A stretch of 64,000 nucleotides of DNA from Spirochaetia bacterium (GCA_965203905.1 CBDBDQ010000005.1:576001-640000); one strand, 5' to 3'; shown: positions 9,747 to 20,110, counted from the first letter of the stretch. The notes: generated by a model not told the origin, from the sequence alone. Translations and numbers: made by a program.

Positions 9747-10145
9747 CTACACGGGCGATGCTTCGACTCGCCCCACCAGGGACTGGAAGAAGGCGTTGTC
9801 CCACAACTGCAACACGGCCGCGTCGCGGATGAACGGACGCACGTCGCGTTTCGCCTGGTCGAAGTCGAACGCCGCCAGCTCCTTGCGAACCGCTTCGAGG
9901 TAGGGCGCGAGATCGAACTCGCGGTCCGGCTGCAGCAAAGAGAAGTCGATGTCCTCGGAGAAGCGCGGCAGACGATGGAAGATGCGCAACGCGGTTGCTG
10001 CATAAAACGCCGCGTGCTCGAAGAACCTGGCACGCCACAGTCCCAACAGGGCCAACTCCTGAACGACTTCCTTCAAGGCGTTCTCGTGATCGGCCAGGGT
10101 CTGCGGCTGGTAGCGGTCGAGCATCCCCTGCAGCGCGACGTTCAT
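9747..10145 (-). pseudogene. abiEii: AbiEii nucleotidyltransferase toxin with a large in-frame internal deletion
   Basis: FYAATALRIFH (GGT motif altered) and RFSEDIDF, fused directly to the C-terminal AKRDVRPFIRD..LW..FF; only 132 aa. Confidence 0.8.
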
Positions 10146-10783
10146 CGGGTCGCCTCCGCGTGGCGCTCCAGCCAGCGCAGGAAGGCGTTCACACTCTGCC
10201 GGCGATAGCGCTTCGCCACTTCCCGCACCACGGCCACCCGCATGCGCACGACCGCGTCGAGGTCGACGCGGAGGTCATCCTCCAGCAATCCTGGAATGTC
10301 CCGCTGCGCGCGCACCTGGGTAACGCAGGCGATGCGGCCGCACAGCGCCTTCTCCGGTTCTGCCAGAAAGAACGACCCGCCAGCACCGGATTGCAGACCG
10401 ACACCAAAGCCGTATGCGACTTCGTTGAGCGGACGATAGGTGAACCGGCCCATTGGCGTCTGAAACACTCTCGCTCGCTTGCAGGTGATGCTGGTGATCT
10501 CGTCGACCCGTTCGGGAATCAGCCCGTGCCAGGCCAGCGCGGTCTCCAGGGAGACATAGGACGGCCCATAGACGAGGGGCGCCAGTACCAGGGGATCCAC
10601 TGACGGCGGTCGCCCTGGGAACGTCGGAGCCACGTACAGCCCCTTCCTGACCCGCACCACGTCGCCGCCCAGGCAGAGACTACGCAGCTTGTTCCGGGGC
10701 GCGCGGAAGCCCGCCAACCGGTCCATGGCGAGTTGGTAGTCGAACGGATGATCGATGGGCAGCTCGACCCGCATCCCACGCAT
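10142..10783 (-). CDS. abiEi: AbiEi-type antitoxin (type IV TA)
   Basis: VRVRKGLY, PSYVSLETALAWHGLIPERV, AEPEKAL; ATGA overlap with the toxin. Confidence 0.88.
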   Translation of the reverse strand: MRGMRVELPIDHPFDYQLAMDRLAGFRAPRNKLRSLCLGGDVVRVRKGLYVAPTFPGRPPSVDPLVLAPLVYGPSYVSLETALAWHGLIPERVDEITSITCKRARVFQTPMGRFTYRPLNEVAYGFGVGLQSGAGGSFFLAEPEKALCGRIACVTQVRAQRDIPGLLEDDLRVDLDAVVRMRVAVVREVAKRYRRQSVNAFLRWLERHAEATR

Positions 10784-10803
10784 ACCCTGAGAAGTTGACC
10801 GCC

Positions 10804-10824
10804 ATGTTGACGTGACGTCAACAT
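10804..10824. promoter_or_regulatory. Inverted repeat ATGTTGACGT-G-ACGTCAACAT (perfect 10-bp arms); probable AbiEi operator
   Basis: Lies 20 bp upstream of the abiEi start and contains a TTGACG -35-like hexamer. Confidence 0.7.
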
Positions 10825-10860
10825 AGCGGTCTATTCTTACTACCGAGACGTTCTCCAGCG

Positions 10861-11292
10861 TCAGCGTAGGCGCTGCATGAACCACCAGTGGTGGCCCTCG
10901 AGGTCGCGTGCCTCGTAGCTGCGGTCCGCCCAGTAGCCCGCGCCGTAGTCCTGCGTCGCCGGCTCCGTGGTGATGACGGCGCCGGCCGCCCGCGCCCGTT
11001 CGCAGTGGGCGTCGGCGTCGTCGACGTACACGGCCAGCGATTGCGTGTTGGCGCCACCGACCGCCAGCGGCGACCGTGGCCAGGTCCGGTCCGGGTGCAG
11101 GCCCACCTGCCCCACCATGACCAAGCCGCCGTTCAGGACGAGCTGTGAGTGGACGATCCGGCCCTGGTCATCGGCGATCCTCTCGCGCACCGCGAAGCCG
11201 AAGGCGCGGCTCAACCAGTCGATCGCGGCCGCCGCGTCGTCGTAGAACACCGCGGGGGAGATTCTCGGCCAGCCGTCAGGCGGATTATTCAT
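10861..11292 (-). CDS. VOC/glyoxalase family protein
   Basis: DDAAAAIDWLSRAFGF, ARDLEGHHWWF. Confidence 0.92.
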   Translation of the reverse strand: MNNPPDGWPRISPAVFYDDAAAAIDWLSRAFGFAVRERIADDQGRIVHSQLVLNGGLVMVGQVGLHPDRTWPRSPLAVGGANTQSLAVYVDDADAHCERARAAGAVITTEPATQDYGAGYWADRSYEARDLEGHHWWFMQRLR

Positions 11293-11522
11293 GCGGAGCG
11301 ATTGTAGTGGAGTTGCGCCGGTGGAGGCGAGCGATGGGTTAGCCGTCGGTAAACGTCCTGTGAGCGCCGGTTGCCGCCTTGGGCCGTCCCCGGTGTCAGA
11401 GCGCAGGCGACCGCGCCCCGGTAGTTGGCGGCACCGGTCGCGATCTGCGCCATGAACGCCGAGTGAACGTCCAGCCGAGAGCCTTTCCCCAGGGTCGAGG
11501 GTGCGGTATCATTTCCGGCATT

Positions 11523-12656
11523 GTGCGGAGCCTCGATGATGCTGCGGCGCCGGGCAACGGCCATCCAGTCCTCGGCGCCGCCGAGGCGCAGACGGTCAGT
11601 GCCGAGATCCGACGCCTGCTGGACAACGTCCGCTCGCTGATCTACATCGACCCGCGGACGCTGGAGTACCTGATCGCGGCCAAGATCGCCGGCGGCCACG
11701 TGATCCTGGCCGACTCCCACGGCGTCGGCAAGACCTCGCTGGCCAGGGCCCTGGCGCAATCGATCCAGTGGATGGGACCGGGGAGCAGTAACGGGCAGGG
11801 CGTCGAAGCGGCCGAGTTCGCTCAAGCCGACGTGTCGGCGGAACACGTGCCGATCGAGAGCTTCAGCCGCATCCAGTGCACGGTGGACCTGCTGCCGCAG
11901 GACATCCTCGGCTTCTCCCGCTACGAGCTCAGCACCAGCTCCCTGATCTTCAACCGCGGCCCGATCTTCGCCCACTTCGTGCTGTGCGACGAGATCAACC
12001 TGCTCACCCCCAAGACCCAGGGCAGCTTCTTCCAGGCGATGGAGGAGCAGGCGATCTCCATCGAGGGCAACACCTACCACCTGCCCGACCCGTTCTTCAT
12101 CATCGCCACCATGAACCTCAAGGGCGCGCACCTGTTCCCGCTGCCGGTACCGCAGCTCGACCGTTTCATGGTGCAGCTCTCCCTGGGGTATCCGAGCGAC
12201 GACGACGAGGAGCGCATCGTCCACCAGCACGGCCGCGACGACTCCTGGAGCGGGTTTGCGCCGGTGGTCGCGCAGGAGCGGCTCAACCAGTGGCAGACGA
12301 TGGTGGATTCGATCACGATCCATGAGGAAGTGATCTCCTACCTGGTGACCCTGATCCGCCAGACCCGCGGCCACCCCGCCATCGAGACCGGCGCCAGCCC
12401 GCGCACGGGGGTCAAGGTGTCGCGGCTGGCGCGCGCGCTGGCGCTGGTGCGGGGCGACAACTGGGTCTCGGTCGACCTGATCAAGGAGATCTTCGGGCCG
12501 GCGGTGGCGCACCGGATGATCATGCAGGATCCCGCCACCCCGGCGGCCGGGGTGCTGGAGGAGATCCTGGATACCGTGCCCGTGGACGGCCGGCGGCCAG
12601 CCCCGAGAGGCGCGCTGGATGGCGGGCGGCCGGCAACGGTGGCCGCCACCTCCTGA
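11523..12656 (+). CDS. MoxR-family AAA+ ATPase (divergent motifs)
   Basis: GHVILADSHGVGKT, FSRIQCT, CDEINL, QLDRF, GASPR. Confidence 0.92.
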   Translation: MRSLDDAAAPGNGHPVLGAAEAQTVSAEIRRLLDNVRSLIYIDPRTLEYLIAAKIAGGHVILADSHGVGKTSLARALAQSIQWMGPGSSNGQGVEAAEFAQADVSAEHVPIESFSRIQCTVDLLPQDILGFSRYELSTSSLIFNRGPIFAHFVLCDEINLLTPKTQGSFFQAMEEQAISIEGNTYHLPDPFFIIATMNLKGAHLFPLPVPQLDRFMVQLSLGYPSDDDEERIVHQHGRDDSWSGFAPVVAQERLNQWQTMVDSITIHEEVISYLVTLIRQTRGHPAIETGASPRTGVKVSRLARALALVRGDNWVSVDLIKEIFGPAVAHRMIMQDPATPAAGVLEEILDTVPVDGRRPAPRGALDGGRPATVAATS

Positions 12657-12664
12657 GCCGAAGC

Positions 12665-14128
12665 ATGCCCGCAAGCGGCGTTGCAACCGCCCCCAGCAGC
12701 CAGCGCACGCGCTACGGACGGATCGGCTCCGCGAGCGAAGCAGGCGCCGGCGGCGGGCAACGGCCGGGCGCGGCGCAAGCCGGCGGACCGGTGCCGGCGC
12801 CCACGGGACGGCGCACGGATGCTGCCCGGCACCAGGGCCTGCACGACGCCGCGCGGCGGGTGCTGCACTACTACCCGCTCACGCTTCCCGGCACGGCCCT
12901 CGCCGCGGCGGCGGTCTACCTCCTGGGCAGCGCGTTCGCGAGTGGATCGGCGCACGAGTTCCTGCTCTCCATCACCGGTTTCCTGGTGCTGCTGGTGCTG
13001 GCCGGTCTCGGCCGTCTGCAGGCGTACCGCTGCAAGCTGGTGGAGTTCGAGTGGGACAGCTCCGCGCCGCTGGCAGCCCGCGAGCGCGGGGCCCAGCACC
13101 GGCTGCGCACCCGCGCCGCACGGAGCTGGCTGTTCTACCGCATCCACCTGCGCATCGTCTGGTGCCTGCGGGCGGGACGGCGCGCCACCCTGCGCGGTTA
13201 CCGCGAGGTGGCGACGCCGGGCGGCGAGGCGGCGATTCCGCTGTGGTTCCCGTGCAGTGGCCGTCTGGAACTGACCGGACGGCTCACGATCCGCGACGTG
13301 TTCGGTCTCACCCGCGCGCAGATTCGCCCGCCGGAGCGGCGCACGCTGGTGGTGCGGCCGGGACTGCTCGGCGAGCAGTCCTCCCCACCGGTGGAAATCT
13401 CCGCCGGCTACGACACCACGCAGCGCGCCAAGACCGCCGACGAAGAGCAGTACTTCATGCGCGAGTACATGCCCGGCGACCGCATGAAGGACATCAACTG
13501 GAAGGCCACCAGCCGGCTCGGCGAGCTGATCACCCGGATCTCGCCGATCACCCAGGAGCAGACCCAGGAGTTGCACGTGGTGCTGCGCCGCTTCCGCCGC
13601 CGCGGCGGCGAGTCGCTGGCGGCGGTGTTGCACCTGGACTTCATCAAGAGCTGGCTGCTCACCTTCCTGCGCGTGGTCAAGCAGCAGCACCCCGAGTTCG
13701 TGTTCGTGGTGGACAGCGGTGGCGAGAGTCACCGGGTCGACACGCCGGAGGAGATCGAGGCCCTGGCGCGCCGCCTCGCGGAGTTGCCCCTGACCTCCGA
13801 GCTGCCTTCCGCCGACAACGACCCGGCGCGCGAGCTGTTCATCTTCTCGACGGTGTTCGACGAGGATCTGCCCCGCTTCGTGGAGCGCAGCGGCGCGCAG
13901 TATGTCAACGTGTTCCGCAGCGTACCCGTCCGGCGCAAGGACGAGGACGCCGCGGACCCTTATCGGATGAGCCTCAGCGAGGCGCCGCTGCCCACCTGTG
14001 TCGGCGGCGGCTGGCTGCTGGCCCGCGAGCGGCGCCTGCCGGTCACGGACCCGGTCGCCGGACCGCGGCCGGGCCTGCGTGAAGAACAGCCGCTCAAAGT
14101 GAGCTACCTGTGCACCTTCTCTTCCTGA
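12665..14128 (+). CDS. DUF58 domain protein
   Basis: MREYMPGDRMKDINWKATSR motif, two N-terminal TM helices, follows MoxR. Confidence 0.9.
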   Translation: MPASGVATAPSSQRTRYGRIGSASEAGAGGGQRPGAAQAGGPVPAPTGRRTDAARHQGLHDAARRVLHYYPLTLPGTALAAAAVYLLGSAFASGSAHEFLLSITGFLVLLVLAGLGRLQAYRCKLVEFEWDSSAPLAARERGAQHRLRTRAARSWLFYRIHLRIVWCLRAGRRATLRGYREVATPGGEAAIPLWFPCSGRLELTGRLTIRDVFGLTRAQIRPPERRTLVVRPGLLGEQSSPPVEISAGYDTTQRAKTADEEQYFMREYMPGDRMKDINWKATSRLGELITRISPITQEQTQELHVVLRRFRRRGGESLAAVLHLDFIKSWLLTFLRVVKQQHPEFVFVVDSGGESHRVDTPEEIEALARRLAELPLTSELPSADNDPARELFIFSTVFDEDLPRFVERSGAQYVNVFRSVPVRRKDEDAADPYRMSLSEAPLPTCVGGGWLLARERRLPVTDPVAGPRPGLREEQPLKVSYLCTFSS

Positions 14129-16602
14129 CCCGCCTGCTGGTGTACGCCATGGCGGTGGCGATGCCGCTGGTACACCCCGCCGTCACGGTGCCCTACGACC
14201 GCGCCGGCTACCTGGTGTGGTTCGCCCTGGTGCCGCTGGAGATGCTGCTGGCCTATGCCCTGCGCTTCGCGGCGACCGGGACCACGCCGCCGGCCGCCCG
14301 CGGCCGGACGGCTCGACTGGTCGGCGGTCTACGGAGTTGGCTGCGGCCCACGCACCTGCTGGCCGCCGCGGGGCTGGCGATCGTGGCCGCGATCGCCTTC
14401 GGCACCGGCTTCGACAGCGCCGCGTGGCTGGTGGCAGCGGCGGGAGCCGGCGCCTTCCTGCTCACCCTGCTGATCTTCGGCTCGCGCGAGTACGGGCACA
14501 CCATCGCCGCGGCCGAGCTGTTCTTCATCGGCTACATCTACGTCAAGATGCTGCGCTTTTCGCGCGCTTCGGAGGCGATCTCCGGCGCCAGCTCGCTGCT
14601 CACCACGGTGATCCTGCTGGTGAGCATCGGCGGCTTCCTGCTGCACGGCATCGTCATCTACCAGGCCGCGTTCCCCAACCGCCGCCCGGGGGCGGCCCGC
14701 GGCGAGGAACGGCGGCGCGGGCGCCGCGAGGTGACCCTGTTTTCCTCCGTCATCATCCCGCTGATCGTGGTGCTGGCCATGATCCTGCCGCCCGATTTCG
14801 TCGAGCACCACATCGCCTTCAATGAGCTCAACGAGCTGCCGCCGTCGCCGCCGGTGCCGGTGGACGACTTCAGCACCGCGCCGCCCGGCGGCAACCTGCG
14901 TGGCCAGCAGCAGTTCGATCCCCAGGAAGCACCCGGCGGTGGCCAGGGCGAGCAGCAGAACCAGCAGGAAGGGGAAGGCGGCGAAGGCGACGCCGGCCAG
15001 ATGCCCGGCCTGGTAGGGATCCCGGCGCGGGAGTGGGACCAACGCCGGCAGCCGCAGCAGCCACAACCGCAGCCCGGGTCGGCCGAGGAGAGCGGCGGCT
15101 CCGGCGGCGCGCAAAGCGAGCAGGGTCAGGCGGGCGGCGGCCAGGGCGGCCAGCCCAGCGAGGGCAACCAGGGCGAGGAGGGCGAAGAAGGCGACGGCAA
15201 CCAGGACAGCGGCGACGGCGAAGGCGAGAACCGGCAGTACGCGGTGATGGTCATCGCCAGCCAGGTGGATCCGGTGTACGCAGCCGACGGCTACTTCGGG
15301 CTGTTCGACGGCGTGTACGGCTTCTCCTACTCGCGCGAGGAACCACTCAACGACCTGGTGCACCGGCGCCTGTTCGAGACCTGGGAGAATCCCGAGCCGT
15401 CCCTCGACCGCGGCCGCAGTCCCATCGAGCACGGCTTCTTCTCGACCATCCCGGAGCGCGTTATGGCCTACCGCCCGCTGGCGGTGGAGCCCACGGTGCA
15501 GCAGCGTCGCTATCACCCGTTCGACCTCTCCTACCGGGTCATCTCCGACGTGAGCGATCCCAATCCCGCCGCCTGGCGCCGGGCACGGCCCCTCAACGCG
15601 GCCGAACGAGAGCGCATGAGCCCCTTCCTGGAGGTTCCGTTGGAAGGTGAGCAGTGGGCGCGGTTCCAGGGCTATCTGGACGAGTACGTGGCCGACGCGG
15701 ACAACGACTTCGACAAGATCGATCAACTCCTGCGAAGCTACGCCAACTACCAGTACGAGATCGGTTTTACCGACGATGTCTCGATCTCCCACGTGGACGA
15801 GTTCCTGTTCGACACCAAGTCCGGCGACTGCACCGAGTTCTCCAACACCTCGGCGATCCTGGGCCGCATGCTGGGCATCCCGACGCGAGTGGTGACCGGC
15901 TATCTAGGCTCCAAGTCCCTGCAGACCCCGCAGCACGCGCGCGGCGCCGCCGTCCTGCGCCAGTCGATCGAACCGCTGCAGGCCTACCCGCCAGAAGACC
16001 TGTACCTGATCACCACGGCGCACCGCCACTCGTGGACCCAGTTCTGGCTGCCGGACTTCGGCTGGATGGACTTCGAGACCACCACCCACGCCAAGACCCC
16101 GCCACCCGGCATGGACGCCAACTCGCTCGACATCGTGATCCCGATCATCGAGGTGGAAGAGGTGCCGGTGCCGCGCGACTTCATATTCCCGTGGCGGTTC
16201 GCCCTGGCCGTGCTGGGGACCCTGGCCGCGGCCGGCATCGTCGGCGCCTACGGCCTCCGCTACGGCCGCGAGGGCTGGCTCACGCTGCGCGCGCGCCAGG
16301 CCGACGCCGGTGGCCTGCATGCTCTCGGCCGCCTGCTCTACATGCGCATGGCCAGCGCCGGCTGCGTGCTCAAGCCGCACGCCCATACCGTCCAGGAGTA
16401 CGCCCGGCAGTACCCGCAGATCGGCCGCTTCGCCGCCCTCTACACCATGCTCCGTTACCGCACCGCCTTCGACCCCGGCGAGCGCGCCAGCACCTGGCAG
16501 GAACTCCGCACCCAGTACGAAGCCGCGCTCCAGGGCGTGCGCCAGGGCGGCCTCGTGCAGTTGCTGCGCCGCGCCTTCAGCCTGCGCGCCCTCTACTACT
16601 GA
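14110..16602 (+). CDS. Membrane-anchored transglutaminase-like protein
   Basis: GDCTEF, HSW, GWMDFETT triad motifs; N-terminal TMs; Gly/Gln/Glu-rich linker. Confidence 0.9.
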   Translation: MHLLFLTRLLVYAMAVAMPLVHPAVTVPYDRAGYLVWFALVPLEMLLAYALRFAATGTTPPAARGRTARLVGGLRSWLRPTHLLAAAGLAIVAAIAFGTGFDSAAWLVAAAGAGAFLLTLLIFGSREYGHTIAAAELFFIGYIYVKMLRFSRASEAISGASSLLTTVILLVSIGGFLLHGIVIYQAAFPNRRPGAARGEERRRGRREVTLFSSVIIPLIVVLAMILPPDFVEHHIAFNELNELPPSPPVPVDDFSTAPPGGNLRGQQQFDPQEAPGGGQGEQQNQQEGEGGEGDAGQMPGLVGIPAREWDQRRQPQQPQPQPGSAEESGGSGGAQSEQGQAGGGQGGQPSEGNQGEEGEEGDGNQDSGDGEGENRQYAVMVIASQVDPVYAADGYFGLFDGVYGFSYSREEPLNDLVHRRLFETWENPEPSLDRGRSPIEHGFFSTIPERVMAYRPLAVEPTVQQRRYHPFDLSYRVISDVSDPNPAAWRRARPLNAAERERMSPFLEVPLEGEQWARFQGYLDEYVADADNDFDKIDQLLRSYANYQYEIGFTDDVSISHVDEFLFDTKSGDCTEFSNTSAILGRMLGIPTRVVTGYLGSKSLQTPQHARGAAVLRQSIEPLQAYPPEDLYLITTAHRHSWTQFWLPDFGWMDFETTTHAKTPPPGMDANSLDIVIPIIEVEEVPVPRDFIFPWRFALAVLGTLAAAGIVGAYGLRYGREGWLTLRARQADAGGLHALGRLLYMRMASAGCVLKPHAHTVQEYARQYPQIGRFAALYTMLRYRTAFDPGERASTWQELRTQYEAALQGVRQGGLVQLLRRAFSLRALYY

Positions 16603-16659
16603 GGCTCGGCGCCGGGACGCGCGCAAGCTCGAGTGTCGGCGGCGCCGGTCGGCTACCCG

Positions 16660-17097
16660 TCAGGCGAGGATGTCTCTCCCCTCCAACCCGAAGCAGTCAG
16701 CCGCGTCGAGCATGCGTTGGTCATGGCTGTAGACGGTGTCGAAGCCGTTGTCTGCAGCACATGTCAAATGGAGCGCGTCGGCTGCCCGAACAAACGCACC
16801 ACCGGAGACGGTCCTGACTCTGACGCAGGCAGCTCGCACCAGTCCGTCAGTGACCGGAATCCATCTCCACAGGCCGCCCTCCTCGTCGCGACGCAGGCGC
16901 TCGAAAACGGCACGCACCGCGTCAGCGTCCAGGTTCCCTTCCAGCTCATGCCGCTTCAACGCCGCGAACAACTCCAATCGGCCATGGGAGCAACAACTCA
17001 ATCCCGACTTTCCGGCCAACCACTCAAGCACCCGCGGGCTCCCCGGCTCGTTGAGATAGCACTTGGCGATGTACGAAGTGTCGAGATAGATGAGCAT
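16660..17097 (-). CDS. vapC: VapC/PIN toxin
   Basis: MLIYLDTSYIAKCYLNEPGS, RAADALHL, SHDQRM. Confidence 0.9.
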   Translation of the reverse strand: MLIYLDTSYIAKCYLNEPGSPRVLEWLAGKSGLSCCSHGRLELFAALKRHELEGNLDADAVRAVFERLRRDEEGGLWRWIPVTDGLVRAACVRVRTVSGGAFVRAADALHLTCAADNGFDTVYSHDQRMLDAADCFGLEGRDILA

Positions 17098-17327
17098 CAG
17101 CGTTGCGACCGGTCCCTGGAGATCAGCTCGGTCGAATCTACGCCGACCGCCGGCATGCTCGCGGGATCGCGCCGAGGAAAAGGCTGGCTGGCGATCTCCT
17201 GTTCCGAATACGGCTTGAGCAACGCGATCCGGGTTCCCCGATCGGTGACGATCACCGGCTGCTGCGCTGCCTGACGCACGATCCTGCCGGTGCTTGCATG
17301 GAGTTCTCGAATCGAAACCACTCTCAC
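17097..17327 (-). CDS. Phd/YefM-type antitoxin
   Basis: VSIRELHASTGRIVRQA..PVIVTDRG; TGATG coupling to the toxin; TTGACG promoter and TGTGTCAC direct repeats upstream. Confidence 0.88.
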   Translation of the reverse strand: MRVVSIRELHASTGRIVRQAAQQPVIVTDRGTRIALLKPYSEQEIASQPFPRRDPASMPAVGVDSTELISRDRSQR

Positions 17328-17565
17328 GATGCCCACAAAAGTGACACACCGTGACACATGCCGTCAAGGAAGGATCAGGAAGGATCGCCACAGAGACGAC
17401 CGTCACGTGAGCGTACGTATCCCGAGTGCCGGAGCCGTTGAGAAGCCACGTGGCAGGTCCGCCCCGGCGCGCCCACCACGACGAGGAAAGTCGGGTACCA
17501 TAGTCGGTGTGATGGCTGGGTCGAATCGGCAGCGAGGACATGAGACTGGCACCGGGGGAGAAGAC

Positions 17566-18852
17566 ATGACGAGTCGTAACCGCGTGGTACGCCCGTTCCT
17601 GTCCACTCTGGCCGTTCTCGTGGCGCTGGTAGGTACGCTGGTGCCTGCCACGGTGCATGGGGGCGCGAGCCACGATTGGGTGATGTTCCGCGGCGAGGAG
17701 GGGCGCGGGATCACGCGCACGCGGATTCAGCCGCCGCTGGCGGTGAAGTGGCAACTCCAGTTGCAGGCCGGCGGCGAGCAGGCGCGTTCGTTCAACCCGC
17801 CGGTGGTGGTGGACGACACCATCTACTTCGGCTCCGACGACGGCAACTTCTACGCCCTGGACGTGCACAGCGGGTACATGCGCTGGATCTTCAAGGCGCA
17901 GGCGCCGGTCAACTCGGTGCCGTTCGCCGACCGGGAGCACCTGTACTTCGGCTCCAACGACGGCCACGTCTACGCCGTGGGGCGCGAAACCGGCGAGGAA
18001 CGCTGGCGCTTCCCCACCGAATACACCGTGCAGTCACTGATCCTGCGCTACGACGACCTGGTGATGTTCACCAGCGACCGCGGCAACACCCACTTCGTGA
18101 CCGCCGACTCCGGCGAGGAGGTGCACTACATCCCCAACCCGGTGTGGTCCTACCACACCTTCCAGGTGTACGACGGGGTGATGTACTGGGCCCCCGGCCC
18201 GCTCGGCCGCGGCGCCAGCTTCGGTGCCTACGACGTCTACGAGAAGGCGTACCTGTGGGTCAAATCGACCACCCCCGGGCTCAACTGGTACTCCTTCCCC
18301 GCACTGCGCGACGAAGTGCTGTTCTACTCCGCCGCCGGCACCGGGCGCACCATCACCGGCAACCTGCAGTTCGTCTACTACGCGATCGACCGGCTCACCG
18401 GCGAGGAGCTGTGGACGCATCCGGAGGAGTCGTTCTTCGGCGACCAGGGGAGGCTGATCTACCAGCCGTATCGGACCTTCGTCGACAACCTGCGGCTGCT
18501 CGACTACCTGGCACCGGCGCTGTGGCGCAACACCGTGATCTACACCAGCGGCGATGCCGTGGTGCGCGCCTTCAATGCCCGCACCGGCCGGCCCGCCTGG
18601 CGTTACACCTTCCAGTACCCCACCAGCAGCGCGCCGACGGTGGCCGGCGACCGCGTCTACTTCGGCGTGCGCGGCGACGGCGTTCCCGGCGGCCAGCCGC
18701 CGCGGCTGGTGGCGCTGTCGGCCCAGAACGGCAAGCTGCTGTGGGAGATGGACCTGGAAGGGGCGGTGTTGAGCGCCCCGGTGGTGGCCGGCAAGCACCT
18801 GATCTTCGGCACCGACCAGAACTACTTCTACGTAATGGAAGAGGTGTTCTGA
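17566..18852 (+). CDS. Secreted PQQ-binding-like beta-propeller repeat protein
   Basis: Signal peptide, DWVMFRG, repeated IYFGSxDG..YALD..G..RW blades. Confidence 0.92.
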   Translation: MTSRNRVVRPFLSTLAVLVALVGTLVPATVHGGASHDWVMFRGEEGRGITRTRIQPPLAVKWQLQLQAGGEQARSFNPPVVVDDTIYFGSDDGNFYALDVHSGYMRWIFKAQAPVNSVPFADREHLYFGSNDGHVYAVGRETGEERWRFPTEYTVQSLILRYDDLVMFTSDRGNTHFVTADSGEEVHYIPNPVWSYHTFQVYDGVMYWAPGPLGRGASFGAYDVYEKAYLWVKSTTPGLNWYSFPALRDEVLFYSAAGTGRTITGNLQFVYYAIDRLTGEELWTHPEESFFGDQGRLIYQPYRTFVDNLRLLDYLAPALWRNTVIYTSGDAVVRAFNARTGRPAWRYTFQYPTSSAPTVAGDRVYFGVRGDGVPGGQPPRLVALSAQNGKLLWEMDLEGAVLSAPVVAGKHLIFGTDQNYFYVMEEVF

Positions 18853-18925
18853 ATGGCACTGCTTCGGCGGTGTAGCAGTCGCGCCGGCGCATCCCCGAGC
18901 ATGCTCATCTCGCGCAGCGCCCCGA

Positions 18926-20062
18926 CTACCTGACCGCGGACGGAGTTGGTCGCGGCGCGTTGTCGAGGGCGGCGCGCAGGCGTGTCGCCACGATTCGTTC
19001 CTCGCCCCGCTGCAGTGTCATCGGGTCTACGAGCACGCCGCTTCCGGTCCGCCGAATGGCGATGCACGGCTCGCCGTTCCACAGCTCGGAGATGACCGCG
19101 GACGCCCGCCCCGGATCGAGTTCGACATGGACGCGGGGCGCGAAATCGGGATGCGCATCCTGCCCCCAGCGTTGCACCGACACGGTCGCTGGAGCGGCTG
19201 CGGACCCCGCGACGAGGATCCGGGCGATATCGGCCGCCTGCGCCTCCCAGCGAGCCAGGTCCGCCCCGTCGCTGGAGCCAAGAAACAGGTCCACCGCCGC
19301 CAGCAGTCCCATGATTTCTTCCTTGCCCACCTTCATCCCGCGGCCGATGCCGCTTTCGGGGCTGGAATTCATGCGCACGGCCGAGACCAGCTCGGGCGTG
19401 CCGACCACCAGTCCGGTGCTCTGCGGTCCCGCGAGTCCCTTTCCGCCGCTGAACACCGCCAGCGCCGCGCCCATTCCGGTGAGCTCCGTCAGGTTGGAAC
19501 GCGGCGGCAACTGCGCGGCGGCATCGACGATCACCGGCACGCCGCACTCGGCGGCTCCATTCGCCACCTCGGCAAGCTGTTCTCGGCGCTGGCTGCCAAG
19601 GAAGAACACCACGGCGGCGGTGCGCGGGCCGATGGCGCCTACCAACTCCCCGGTACTCACCGCGGCGCTGGTGCCCACCCGAACCAGCCGGCCGCCGCAC
19701 GCCTCGATGCCCTGATGGATGTAGCCGTGCGGGTCCACGCTGCCGATCACGAATTCGTTGGCCCACCGCGAAGTGTTGGGCAGGGCGCGCACCCGCTCGA
19801 CGTCGCCGCCGGTGAGACAGGCTGCCGCCGCCAGTTGCATGCCACTCGCCGCACCGCAGGACACGAACGCCGCCGGCACGCCGATGCGCCGCGCCAGGTA
19901 CTCGCCGGACTTGACCAGCAGATCCGGCAGGTCCACGTAGGCGCGGGCCGCAGCCTGCATCGCCTCCAGCACCGGCGCCGGCATCAGGCTGCCGCCCAGC
20001 GTGGTGATGGTGCCGCTCGCGTTGATCAGCGTACGCACCCCAAGCTGCCGGTAGTCGATCAT
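18926..20062 (-). CDS. SelA-like/DgaE-family PLP-dependent enzyme
   Basis: INASGTITTLGGS, VIVDAAAQ, FSGGK, GRGMKVGKEEI. Confidence 0.92.
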   Translation of the reverse strand: MIDYRQLGVRTLINASGTITTLGGSLMPAPVLEAMQAAARAYVDLPDLLVKSGEYLARRIGVPAAFVSCGAASGMQLAAAACLTGGDVERVRALPNTSRWANEFVIGSVDPHGYIHQGIEACGGRLVRVGTSAAVSTGELVGAIGPRTAAVVFFLGSQRREQLAEVANGAAECGVPVIVDAAAQLPPRSNLTELTGMGAALAVFSGGKGLAGPQSTGLVVGTPELVSAVRMNSSPESGIGRGMKVGKEEIMGLLAAVDLFLGSSDGADLARWEAQAADIARILVAGSAAAPATVSVQRWGQDAHPDFAPRVHVELDPGRASAVISELWNGEPCIAIRRTGSGVLVDPMTLQRGEERIVATRLRAALDNAPRPTPSAVR

Positions 20063-20110
20063 GCCAACTCATCGTACCGATGGTGCCGTTCTGATACTAT
20101 CGCCGCCGAC

